Assembly (NCBI GenBank): GCA_031409655.1
Contig: JANNXQ010000278.1
Location: forward strand, 1 to 13,272
DNA from: Chthoniobacteraceae bacterium
GTDB taxonomy: Bacteria; Verrucomicrobiota; Verrucomicrobiia; Chthoniobacterales; Chthoniobacteraceae
Direction of reading: 5' to 3'
DNA length: 13,272 bases
The position numbers and the translations under genes are program-made. Below the pieces are notes generated by a model. That model was not told the DNA's origin, did no database searches, and was given only the letters and a program-made list of their open reading frames with translations. Shown here in pieces: positions 1-8,074 of this stretch (position 1 is its first letter; the number at the start of each line of letters is the position of its first letter).

Positions 1-1422
1 CAGATTCAGGACACGAAGGCGGCGGTGCGCTGGGTGCGCGCGAACGCGACGACGTATGGCTTCGACCCCGCGCGCATCGGACTCACGGGCACCAGCAGCG
101 GCGGCCACATGGCGGCCTACACGGGCATCACCGGCGGCATCAAAACCGCGCGCGTCGGGAGCGAGGTCATCGACCTCATCGGCAACATCGGCGGCAACTT
201 CACCGAGAGCGATGCCGTGCAAGCCGTGGCTCCGTTTTACCCGCCCACCGACCTGCTCGTGATGGACCACTACGCCACTCCCGATGTCCCCGACCACAAT
301 GCCGGCGGCTCGCCTGAGAGCAGCCTCATCGGCTTTCCGATTCAGACCGTTCCGGAAAAAACGGGCACCGCGAATCCCATCATCCACGTCCGCGCGGGGC
401 TGCCGCCCTTTTGGATCACCCACGGCACAGGAGATCGCGCCGTGGATTTCAACCAAAGCGAACTGCTCAACGCCGCGCTCGCAACTGCCGGTCAGAATGT
501 CACCTTCTGGCCCGTGCTCAATGCCGGTCACGGCAATGGCGTCATCGACTCAGCGGAAGTCATCAGCCTGCTTCGCGTCTTCTTCGATCGCACGCTGAAA
601 GGCATCACGTCCAATCAACTGCCCAACCCCACTTTCACCGTCAGCACCTTCAGCGGACCCGCGCCGCTCATCGTGAACTTCAACGGCAGCGCCTCCACTG
701 ACCCCGATGGCATCGTCATGAAATTCAGTTGGGCCACCGGCGACAACACGGGCGGCGGCAATGCCACCTTGAGTTACACCTACACGCGCCCCGGCATCTA
801 CCCCGTCAGCCTCAGCGCCCGCGACGACCAAGGCGGCACCTCGACCGTCACCACCAACATCATCGTCACCCCCGCCGGCACCGCCAGCGCCGCGCCACCC
901 ACCATCACCCTCACCGGCCCCATCAACGGCTTCATATATGCCCGCACCGGCGACCTGCTCGTGCAGGCCAACGCCGCCGCCAACGGCACCGCGACCGTCG
1001 TAAGCGTGGAGTTTTTCCTCAACGGTCAGTCCGTCGCGTGGGACAGCAAAGCACCTTACAACACCACCATCGGCCACCTCGCACCCGGCGCATACACCGC
1101 CACCGCTAGAGTCAGCGACAGCATCGGCGCGGCCACACTTTCCACGCCCATCAGCTTTCATGTCTTCGGTGAGACGGACGTGTTTCCACAAGCATCGCTC
1201 TCCTCCGGTGTATTCAGCGCGAGCTACTACCGCTTCACCGACGGCACGCTGAACTACACCTTCGAGCGCAGCGAAAATCTCACTCACTGGACGCCATTCA
1301 CGCCCACGCAAACGGTGATCACCAACGGCACCCAGGTCCAAGAAATCCGCGCCACAGATCCGCTGAGTGCCAGCGGAATCCCGAGCCGATTCCTGCGCAT
1401 CAAGATCACACCAGCGCCGTGA
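1..1422 (+). CDS. Alpha/beta-hydrolase carboxylesterase (BD-FAE/HSL-like) fused to a PKD domain, an Ig-like domain and a ~80-aa C-terminal domain; 5'-truncated by the window edge
   Basis: Frame 1 is open from base 1 (QIQDTKAAVRWVRANA...FDPARIGLTG). Nucleophile elbow GTSSGG (Ser at 94-96), acid motif HGTGDRAV (Asp 433-435), AGHG (His 529-531). PKD-like segment FNGSASTDPDG...FSW...YTYTRPGIYPVSL (~613-873). Ig-like segment PPTITLTGP...VEFFLNG...APY...GAYTATARVSD (~895-1165). Confidence 0.85.
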   Translation, partial: QIQDTKAAVRWVRANATTYGFDPARIGLTGTSSGGHMAAYTGITGGIKTARVGSEVIDLIGNIGGNFTESDAVQAVAPFYPPTDLLVMDHYATPDVPDHNAGGSPESSLIGFPIQTVPEKTGTANPIIHVRAGLPPFWITHGTGDRAVDFNQSELLNAALATAGQNVTFWPVLNAGHGNGVIDSAEVISLLRVFFDRTLKGITSNQLPNPTFTVSTFSGPAPLIVNFNGSASTDPDGIVMKFSWATGDNTGGGNATLSYTYTRPGIYPVSLSARDDQGGTSTVTTNIIVTPAGTASAAPPTITLTGPINGFIYARTGDLLVQANAAANGTATVVSVEFFLNGQSVAWDSKAPYNTTIGHLAPGAYTATARVSDSIGAATLSTPISFHVFGETDVFPQASLSSGVFSASYYRFTDGTLNYTFERSENLTHWTPFTPTQTVITNGTQVQEIRATDPLSASGIPSRFLRIKITPAP

Positions 1423-1456
1423 GCATCGTTAAGCGAGATTGAGCCCATCGCGCAGG

Positions 1457-1740
1457 CACAAAAACTACCCGAGCGCCGACGGCCACATGACCGAGGCCAA
1501 CGCAAAGGCGAGTCGGGGAAATTTGCCTTCGTGCCGATACCGCACATCCATCAGGGCTACAACAACTGCGGCGACCTCGCGGCGGAGAACTTCTACATCC
1601 TCTGCAATCCCGCCGTCGCCACGCCCGGCCTCCAGCTCATCACCGCCGATGATCTCAAAAAATTCTCGCGTTCCGACCACTACGGCGCTCTTTCCAAAGG
1701 CGCCCTTTCTCGTCCAGCCTTCGTTATCGAAACGCCGTGA
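1457..1740 (+). pseudogene. Probable degraded C39-like cysteine peptidase fragment (frameshift plus internal deletion)
   Basis: Frame 1 reads FVPIPHIHQGYNNCG, like a C39 N-terminal Q-x4-C motif. It joins directly to DLAAENFYILCNP...GLQLITADDLKKF, like the C39 C-terminal strands. The His-containing middle is absent. Protein-like sequence upstream (HKNYPSADGHMTEANA) is in frame 2 and needs a 1-nt shift near 1500-1503. Confidence 0.45.
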
Positions 1741-1786
1741 TGGAGAATGCCGTCGTCTTTCGCAAAGCCAAACACCCTCCAAAACC

Positions 1787-2908
1787 ATGAAACACACCAC
1801 CCATCTCAAATCTCTTCGCCTGCTGGCCGTCATGGCCGCCGGTCTCATTGCCGCGTCCGCTGCTGAGCGATCCGCAGCGGAACCGAAACACCCACTCGTG
1901 CGCCCGGACGCCAAAGCTGCTGACCAGACGAAGAAGGTGAAAGTCTTCATCCTCATGGGGCAGTCGAACATGGTCGGCATGGGCGACATCAATCCGGCGG
2001 ACAAACCGGGCACGCTCACCACGCTCACGAAGACGGAGAAGAAGTATCCGTTTCTCCTCGATGACGCGGGCCAGTGGACGGCGCGGCAGGATGTTTATTA
2101 CTACGATGCGCGGGTGAAAAAGGGCGGTGCGCTGACGGCGACTTCCAACGGCAACGCCATCGGTCCGGAGCTGGGTTTCGGCTTTGTGATGGGCCAGCTC
2201 CTGGATGAGCCGGTGCTCATTTTGAAATCGTGCATCGGCAACCGCAGCCTTGGCTGGGACCTGCTCCCACCGGGCAGCGAGCGCTACACGGCGGAAGTCA
2301 CCGAGCGCGGCGGTGCAAAAGTCACCAAGACATTTGCCGGATACAAGGACACGCCGGACTCGTGGGTCGAGGGCCAGCCGAAGAAGGAAGTGAACTGGTA
2401 TGCCGGCAAGCAATACGACGACGATCTGGCCAACGCGAAGGCCGCGCTCGCCGACCTCGCGAAAATTTTCCCCGACTACAAAGGGCAGGGCTACGAAATC
2501 GCGGGCTTCGTGTGGTGGCAGGGAAACAAGGACCAGAACGCCGTCCACGCCGCGCGCTACGAGCAAAATCTCGCGCGGCTCATCCCGTCGCTGCGAAAAG
2601 ATTACGCTGCGCCGAACGCAAAATTCGTGCTCGCGACGGGCTGCGGTTTCACGGGTCGCGAAGGATTCGGCCTGCAAATCTCCGAGGCCCAACTCGCCAT
2701 CGCCGACGCGAAGAAACATCCCGAGTTCGCCGGCAACGTGAAGGCCGTGGACTCGCGCGACCTGTGGCGCGAGGCGGACGTTTCGCCGAAGAACCAAGGC
2801 TACCACTACAATCGCAATGCGGAGACTTATATGGAAACCGGCCTGCGCCTGGGCTGGGCGATGGCGGAATTGCTTTCGACGGACAAGGCTGCCGCAGGTC
2901 GACGCTAA
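1787..2908 (+). CDS. Secreted sialate O-acetylesterase-family (SASA/CE6-like SGNH) acetylesterase
   Basis: ATG at 1787 follows an A/C-rich leader and begins a signal peptide (MKHTTHLKSLRLLAVMAAGLIAASAA). Motifs KVFILMGQSNM, IGPELGFG, AGFVWWQG and C-terminal GYHYNRNAETY. The ORF-track start at 1439 is an over-extension. Confidence 0.85.
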   Translation: MKHTTHLKSLRLLAVMAAGLIAASAAERSAAEPKHPLVRPDAKAADQTKKVKVFILMGQSNMVGMGDINPADKPGTLTTLTKTEKKYPFLLDDAGQWTARQDVYYYDARVKKGGALTATSNGNAIGPELGFGFVMGQLLDEPVLILKSCIGNRSLGWDLLPPGSERYTAEVTERGGAKVTKTFAGYKDTPDSWVEGQPKKEVNWYAGKQYDDDLANAKAALADLAKIFPDYKGQGYEIAGFVWWQGNKDQNAVHAARYEQNLARLIPSLRKDYAAPNAKFVLATGCGFTGREGFGLQISEAQLAIADAKKHPEFAGNVKAVDSRDLWREADVSPKNQGYHYNRNAETYMETGLRLGWAMAELLSTDKAAAGRR

Positions 2909-2979
2909 GCCGGCTGTGCTCAGTTTTATGGGGGCGTGCGCTTTCCCTCCAAGACTCGGCAGAGTAGGGCAGTCATGTT

Positions 2980-2985
2980 TAGAAT
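2980..2985 (+). promoter_or_regulatory. Possible sigma70-type -10 element (TAGAAT) for a near-leaderless transcript
   Basis: TAGAAT lies in a locally AT-rich patch, 9 nt before ATG 2995. No convincing -35 and no Shine-Dalgarno. Confidence 0.25.
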
Positions 2986-2994
2986 TAACTTCGC

Positions 2995-4266
2995 ATGACA
3001 CTCCGCTGCATCTTCACCGCTTTCGTCCTTGCCGTTTCATTCGTCACCGCCACACCGCTCTGCGCCGGCGACTGGCCGCAATGGCGCGGCCCGCAGTGCG
3101 ATGGACAATTCACCGGGCCGGCTTGGCCGGATAAACTCGACGCCAGCCATCTGCGTCAGGTCTGGCGCGTCGAGCTTGGGCCGAGCTATTCCGGCCCGAT
3201 GGTCAGCGGGACGCGGGTCTTCACCACGGAGACGAAGGATAAGAAGTTCGAGGCGGTGACGGCCTTCGACCGCAAGACCGGGAAGGAGCTGTGGCGTGCG
3301 CAATGGGAGGGCGCGTTGAGCGTGCCGTTCTTCGCCAGGTCCAACGGCGATTGGATTCCCGCGACCCCGGCCTGCGATGGCGAAAGCCTGTTTGTCGCCG
3401 GCATGAGGGATGTGCTGGTCTGCCTGGATGTGCAGACGGGCAAGGAACGCTGGCGTTTTGATTTCGTGAAAAAGCTCGAGGCGCCCGTGCCGGATTTTGG
3501 TTTTGTCTGTTCGCCGCTGGTGGACGACGCCGCGGTTTACGTGCAGGCCGGCGCGAGTTTCGTGAAGCTCAACAAGCGCACCGGCGAAGTCATCTGGCGC
3601 ACGCTTCAGGACAAGTGCGGGATGTGGGGCAGCGTCTTTTCGTCGCCCGTTTTCGCCACGCTCGCGGGCAAGCGGCAGCTCATCGTGCAGACTCGCGAGA
3701 AGCTGGCGGGCGTGAACCCCGCCGATGGCAAGGTGCTGTGGGAACAACCCATCGAAGCCTTTCGCGGCATGAATATCCTCACGCCCGTCGTCCACGAGGA
3801 CATGCTTTTCACCAGCACCTACGGCGGAAAAACCATCGGCTTCAAAGTGAAGGAATCCGATGGCAAGTTTGCCATCTCGGAAGCGTGGCGGCACAAGTCG
3901 CAAGGATACATGAGCACGCCCGTGGTGCTCGACGGCGTGGCCTACACCCATTTGAAAAGTCAGCGCGTGATGGCCGTCGAAGTCGCCACGGGCCGCGAGC
4001 TGTGGACGAGCGACAAGTCCTTCGGAAAATACTGGAGCCTCATCGCGCGCGGCGACCGCATCCTTGCGCTCGATGAGCGCGGCAGCCTCCGCCTGTTGCG
4101 GGCCAGTAAGGAAAAGTTCGATGAACTCGATGTCCGCAATGTGAGCGACGCCGAAACCTGGGCGCATCTGGCCGCCGCCGATGATGAGTTGTTCATCCGC
4201 GAATTGAACGCGCTGACTGTCTATCGCTGGAGCAAATCCGAAGACGCACCGACATCCAAACCGTGA
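2995..4266 (+). CDS. Secreted PQQ-binding-like (BamB-like) beta-propeller repeat protein
   Basis: Signal peptide followed by DWPQWRGP. Repeated blade motifs AFDRKTGKELW, CLDVQTGKERW, LNKRTGEVIW, VNPADGKVLW and AVEVATGRELW. Confidence 0.88.
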   Translation: MTLRCIFTAFVLAVSFVTATPLCAGDWPQWRGPQCDGQFTGPAWPDKLDASHLRQVWRVELGPSYSGPMVSGTRVFTTETKDKKFEAVTAFDRKTGKELWRAQWEGALSVPFFARSNGDWIPATPACDGESLFVAGMRDVLVCLDVQTGKERWRFDFVKKLEAPVPDFGFVCSPLVDDAAVYVQAGASFVKLNKRTGEVIWRTLQDKCGMWGSVFSSPVFATLAGKRQLIVQTREKLAGVNPADGKVLWEQPIEAFRGMNILTPVVHEDMLFTSTYGGKTIGFKVKESDGKFAISEAWRHKSQGYMSTPVVLDGVAYTHLKSQRVMAVEVATGRELWTSDKSFGKYWSLIARGDRILALDERGSLRLLRASKEKFDELDVRNVSDAETWAHLAAADDELFIRELNALTVYRWSKSEDAPTSKP

Positions 4267-4733
4267 GTCGCGGCAAAATCATTTTGGCGCTGGGCGGCTG
4301 GCTGCTGCTGTGTTTTGCGGCGGCGGCGCTCGGCGCGTTCTTCATGCCCGGCGAGTGGTATGCGGCGCTGCGGAAGCCGGCGTGGAATCCGCCGTCCTGG
4401 ATTTTCGGCCCCGTTTGGACGGCGCTCTACATCATGATGGCCGTCGCCGCGTGGCTCGTCTGGCGGCGCGGAGGCTGGCGCGCACAACGCCGTCCGCTGG
4501 GTCTGTTCCTCGTGCAACTCGCGCTCAACGCCGCATGGACGCCGCTCTTCTTCGGCCTGCATTTGCCGGGCGTGGCGTTTGCGGAAATCCTCCTGCTGTG
4601 GCTGGCCATTGCGTGGACCTTGGCCGCCTTTTGGCGCGTGCATCGCGTCGCCGCCTGGTTGCTTGCGCCTTACCTTGCGTGGGTGAGTTTCGCCGCCGTG
4701 CTCAATTTCACCTTGTGGCGCCTCAACTCATGA
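4263..4733 (+). CDS. tspO: TspO/MBR family tryptophan-rich membrane protein
   Basis: Motifs WYAALRKPAWNPPSWIFGPVWTALY, QLALNAAWTPLFFG and LLAPYLAWVSFAAVLN; about five hydrophobic helices. GTG start overlaps the upstream stop (GTGA 4263-4266). Confidence 0.93.
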   Translation: MSRGKIILALGGWLLLCFAAAALGAFFMPGEWYAALRKPAWNPPSWIFGPVWTALYIMMAVAAWLVWRRGGWRAQRRPLGLFLVQLALNAAWTPLFFGLHLPGVAFAEILLLWLAIAWTLAAFWRVHRVAAWLLAPYLAWVSFAAVLNFTLWRLNS

Positions 4734-7700
4734 AACCAGCGACGTTGCTTTGCCTGTGGTGCGACCTGCGCCTGTCATTGATTCCACTTTTTATGCTCCG
4801 ACTATTCCTGCTCTCACTTCTCACTTTGACCACCAATGCCGCGCTGCCGCGTGACGCGCTGCCGCTCGATGCGGCGGAGTGGCCGCTGAATTTCCGGCTG
4901 CATCTCGAAGGCGCGGCCAAAGTGCGGCTGAGCGATGAGCTGACCATCGCGCTCGATGCGAATGGCCCGCATGACATCGCCGTCGAGCATCCGGCGAAAG
5001 GCACGCCGGTGCTGCGCGTGTGGTCGCGCGGGAAACTCGTGCGCGGGCCGGAGGACGCGCCTGCGCTGGCGGGCACGGGCGCGAAGGATTTCCCCGATGT
5101 GAAGCTGGACCTCGGCGCGGACTTCACTGCGATGGCGTCATTCGAGTCCGGCGGGGAGGGGACTTTGTTCTCGATGTGCGCGCCGTCCGGCAAGTGGTCG
5201 GCGGGCGCGAAGGCGCTCTTCATTCTCGACGGGCGACTCGTGTATGACATCGGCTGGCTCGGCACGATGAATGGCGGCGGCAAGGTGAACGATGGCAAGC
5301 CGCACACCGCCGTGCTGAGCGTGCGCGACGGCACGGCGCGGCTTTGGCTGGATGGGAAGAAGGTCGCGGAGAAGGCGGGCCTCACGAAGGCGGATGCGAA
5401 AGGGCATGTCTTCAAAGTGGGACGAGCCGTGCCGGATTTCGCGGGCGATTTCACGAAGGGAAACATCAGCGCCGTGCGCGTGTGGCAGCGCGCGCTCCCG
5501 GACGCGGAGGTCGCACTGCTTTTCAAAGGCGACGGCGCGGGCGCGAACACGCCGGACTTCACGCATCAGCCCAAGGGAGGCGGCAAGCCGGTCATCGAAA
5601 GCGGCACCGGCTGGGTGCAGGCGCTCGAGCGCAGCGACCACGCGGACATCGTCGGTGGCTGGAACGGCAAGACGCTCGCGGAGGGCGCGGAGATTTACAA
5701 AACGCTGTGCGTCGTCTGCCACGGCACGAAGGAGCAGCCCGGCTCGCTGCCAACGGCGCTGCGCTTCACGGAGGGCGCGTTCAAAAATGGCGCGGACCCG
5801 TATGCGATGTTTGCCACGATGACGAAGGGCTTCGGGCAAATGGTGCCGCAACCGCAATACACGACCGCGCAGAAATACGCGGTCATCCAATACATCCGCG
5901 AGACGTTCCTGCGTCCGCACAATCCCTCGCAGTATGTGAAGTTCGACCTCGCCTCGCTGCCGCGCGGACTGGCGCGGGCAGAGGCGGAAAAGGCGGACAC
6001 TTCGCTGCCGCCTTACAAGCGGATGGATTTCGGCCCGGCGCTGTTTTGGACTTATGAAGTCGCGCCCGGAAACATCGCGCAAAAAGGCATCGCGGTGCGC
6101 CTCGACGACGGCCCCGGCGGCGTGAGCAAAGGCCGCGCGTGGATGATTTACGACCACGATACGATGCGCGTAGCGACGGCAACCACGGGCGATTTTGTGG
6201 ATTGGAAAGGCATCGCCTTCGACGGCAGCCACGGCACGCACACGTCGCTCACCGGCGAGCGGCATTTCATCAATCCTGCCGCCCCCGGCTGGGCATCGCC
6301 TGAGGGAATGTGGGACGACGACGTGCGCATCACCGGCAAAGACGGCAAACGCTACGGCCCGCTGCCGAGAACGTGGGCGCGATTCGAGGGAATGTATCTG
6401 CACGGCGCGCGCGCCGTCATCGCCGCGAGCATCGGCGGCACGCGCGTGCTCGACACTCCCGGCTGGCTCGACTACGGCACGACGCCCGTTTTCACGCGCA
6501 CGCTGAACGTCGCCGCCGCCGCGAAACCGCTGCTGCTCCGCGTCGCGCCGGACGCGGTGAATGTAGCGCTCACTGGCGACGGCACGTTGCGCAAGGACGG
6601 CGGCTTTTGGGTCGCGTCGCTACCCGGCGGTGCAAAGACGCGCCTCTTCATCTCACGCGTGGACGCCGCCTCGCTCGACGCGCTGGCGAAGGCGAACGCG
6701 GCGCCGCTCGACCTCGCGCCGCTCACGCTCGGCGGGCCGCCGCGCTGGGCGCAGGAAGTTACCACGACCTCCGAGGCCGGTAAAAACGACGGCGCTTTCA
6801 TCGCCGACAATTTCCCGCTGCCCGTCGAGAATCCGTGGCAGAGCTGGATGCGGCCCGGCGGTTTCGATTTCACGCCGGATGGAAAGGCCGCCATCGTCGC
6901 GATGTGGAACGGCGACGTGTGGCGTGTGGACGGCCTGATGTCGCCTGCGCCCGCTCCCCTCAAATGGCGGCGCATCGCCACGGGCTTGTTCCAACCGCTC
7001 GGCGTGAAGTTCCGCGGCGACGACCTCTTCATCACTTGCCGCGACCAACTCGCCCGCCTGCGCGACCTCAATGGCGACGGCGAGACGGACTTCATCGAGT
7101 GCTTCAACGCCGACGCGCAAGTCACCGAGCACTTCCACGAATTCGCGATGGGCTTGCAGACGGATGCAGCGGGGAATTTCTACTACGCCAAGTCCGCCCG
7201 GCACGCGCTCGACTCGGTCGTGCCGCATCACGGCACGCTGCTCCGCGTGAGCGCCGACGGCTCACGCACCGACATTCTCGCAACCGGATTTCGCGCCGCG
7301 AACGGCGTGTGCCTCAACGACGACGGCACCTTTTTCGTCACCGACCAAGAAGGCCACTGGACGCCGAAGAACCGCATCAACCGCGTAAAAGTCGGCGGCT
7401 TCTACGGCAACATCTTCGGCTACACGAGCGTCACCGACAGCGCCGACTCCGCGATGCAGTCGCCGATGGTTTGGGTGACGAACGACAAAGACCGCAGCCC
7501 CGCCGAACTCATCACCATTCCCAAAAACGCATGGGGCACGCTCGGCGGCTCGCTACTCAATCTCAGCTACGGCACCGGCCGCGCCTTTATCATCCCGAAC
7601 GAGCAAGTCGGCGGCGTGTGGCAAGGCGCAGTGTGCGAGCTGCCGATGCCCGCGTTCGCCACCGGCATCATGCGCGGACGCTTCGCCGCCGACGGCGCGC

Positions 7701-8074
7701 TCTACACCTGCGGCATGTTTGCGTGGGCGGGAAATGCGACCGCGCCCGGCGGCTTCCACCGCATCCGCCGCACGGAAAAGCCCGCGCAGTTGCCCGTAGC
7801 CGTCCACGCCGCGAAAGGCGCGCTCACCGTGACCTTCAGCGACCCCATTCCGACACCCGCGTGCTCGATGAAAGTCTGGTCGCTCCAGCGCACCAAAAAC
7901 TACGGCTCGAAACACCACGACGAGCGGGAACTGCCCATTCGCGCCGTGAAGTTGAGCGAGGACAAATGCACCGTGGCCCTGGACATTCCCGACCTCGCCC
8001 CCACGCACAGCTACGAACTAAAAATCGGCGACCGCGCGCTGCACGGAACCATTCACCAACTCGCCAATCCATGA
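4730..8074 (+). CDS. Large secreted multidomain heme c protein: LamG/ConA-like domain + c-type cytochrome + DUF6797-like domain + glucose/sorbosone-dehydrogenase-like beta-propeller
   Basis: Start is ATG 4730 (ATGA overlap with tspO) or ATG 4793 (MLRLFLLSLLTLTTNA, a cleaner signal peptide). LamG-like segment VNDGKPHTAVL...LWLDGKKV...GNISAVRVWQRAL (~5096-5530). CVVCH at 5708-5722, candidate distal Met in GQMVP (5840). KGIAVRL...YDHDTMR...GDFVDW (~6080-6210). Propeller motifs IATGLFQPLG, DLNGDGETD, LATGFRAANG and TDQEGHW. Confidence 0.75.
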   Translation: MKPATLLCLWCDLRLSLIPLFMLRLFLLSLLTLTTNAALPRDALPLDAAEWPLNFRLHLEGAAKVRLSDELTIALDANGPHDIAVEHPAKGTPVLRVWSRGKLVRGPEDAPALAGTGAKDFPDVKLDLGADFTAMASFESGGEGTLFSMCAPSGKWSAGAKALFILDGRLVYDIGWLGTMNGGGKVNDGKPHTAVLSVRDGTARLWLDGKKVAEKAGLTKADAKGHVFKVGRAVPDFAGDFTKGNISAVRVWQRALPDAEVALLFKGDGAGANTPDFTHQPKGGGKPVIESGTGWVQALERSDHADIVGGWNGKTLAEGAEIYKTLCVVCHGTKEQPGSLPTALRFTEGAFKNGADPYAMFATMTKGFGQMVPQPQYTTAQKYAVIQYIRETFLRPHNPSQYVKFDLASLPRGLARAEAEKADTSLPPYKRMDFGPALFWTYEVAPGNIAQKGIAVRLDDGPGGVSKGRAWMIYDHDTMRVATATTGDFVDWKGIAFDGSHGTHTSLTGERHFINPAAPGWASPEGMWDDDVRITGKDGKRYGPLPRTWARFEGMYLHGARAVIAASIGGTRVLDTPGWLDYGTTPVFTRTLNVAAAAKPLLLRVAPDAVNVALTGDGTLRKDGGFWVASLPGGAKTRLFISRVDAASLDALAKANAAPLDLAPLTLGGPPRWAQEVTTTSEAGKNDGAFIADNFPLPVENPWQSWMRPGGFDFTPDGKAAIVAMWNGDVWRVDGLMSPAPAPLKWRRIATGLFQPLGVKFRGDDLFITCRDQLARLRDLNGDGETDFIECFNADAQVTEHFHEFAMGLQTDAAGNFYYAKSARHALDSVVPHHGTLLRVSADGSRTDILATGFRAANGVCLNDDGTFFVTDQEGHWTPKNRINRVKVGGFYGNIFGYTSVTDSADSAMQSPMVWVTNDKDRSPAELITIPKNAWGTLGGSLLNLSYGTGRAFIIPNEQVGGVWQGAVCELPMPAFATGIMRGRFAADGALYTCGMFAWAGNATAPGGFHRIRRTEKPAQLPVAVHAAKGALTVTFSDPIPTPACSMKVWSLQRTKNYGSKHHDERELPIRAVKLSEDKCTVALDIPDLAPTHSYELKIGDRALHGTIHQLANP

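Noticed and set aside
1420..1740. Frame 1 stays open after the TGA at 1420-1422, suggesting readthrough or selenocysteine
   Set aside because: The protein ends at the same terminal motif as the protein ending at 13218. The next ~26 codons are not protein-like in this frame, and no SECIS-like hairpin was recognised.
2995..4266. Calling the propeller gene bamB or a true PQQ dehydrogenase
   Set aside because: No convincing lipobox or bam gene context, and no recognisable quinoprotein catalytic motifs. It fits the expanded PVC DWPQWRGP family of unknown function.
6835..8070. N-terminal extensions in the ORF track (6835 for SASA2; also 1439, 4310, 9371 and 11221)
   Set aside because: The long extensions (1439, 4310, 6835) are Arg/Ser-rich off-frame readings of upstream sequence. 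In all cases a better ATG start lies downstream, most followed by a signal peptide or forming an ATGA overlap.
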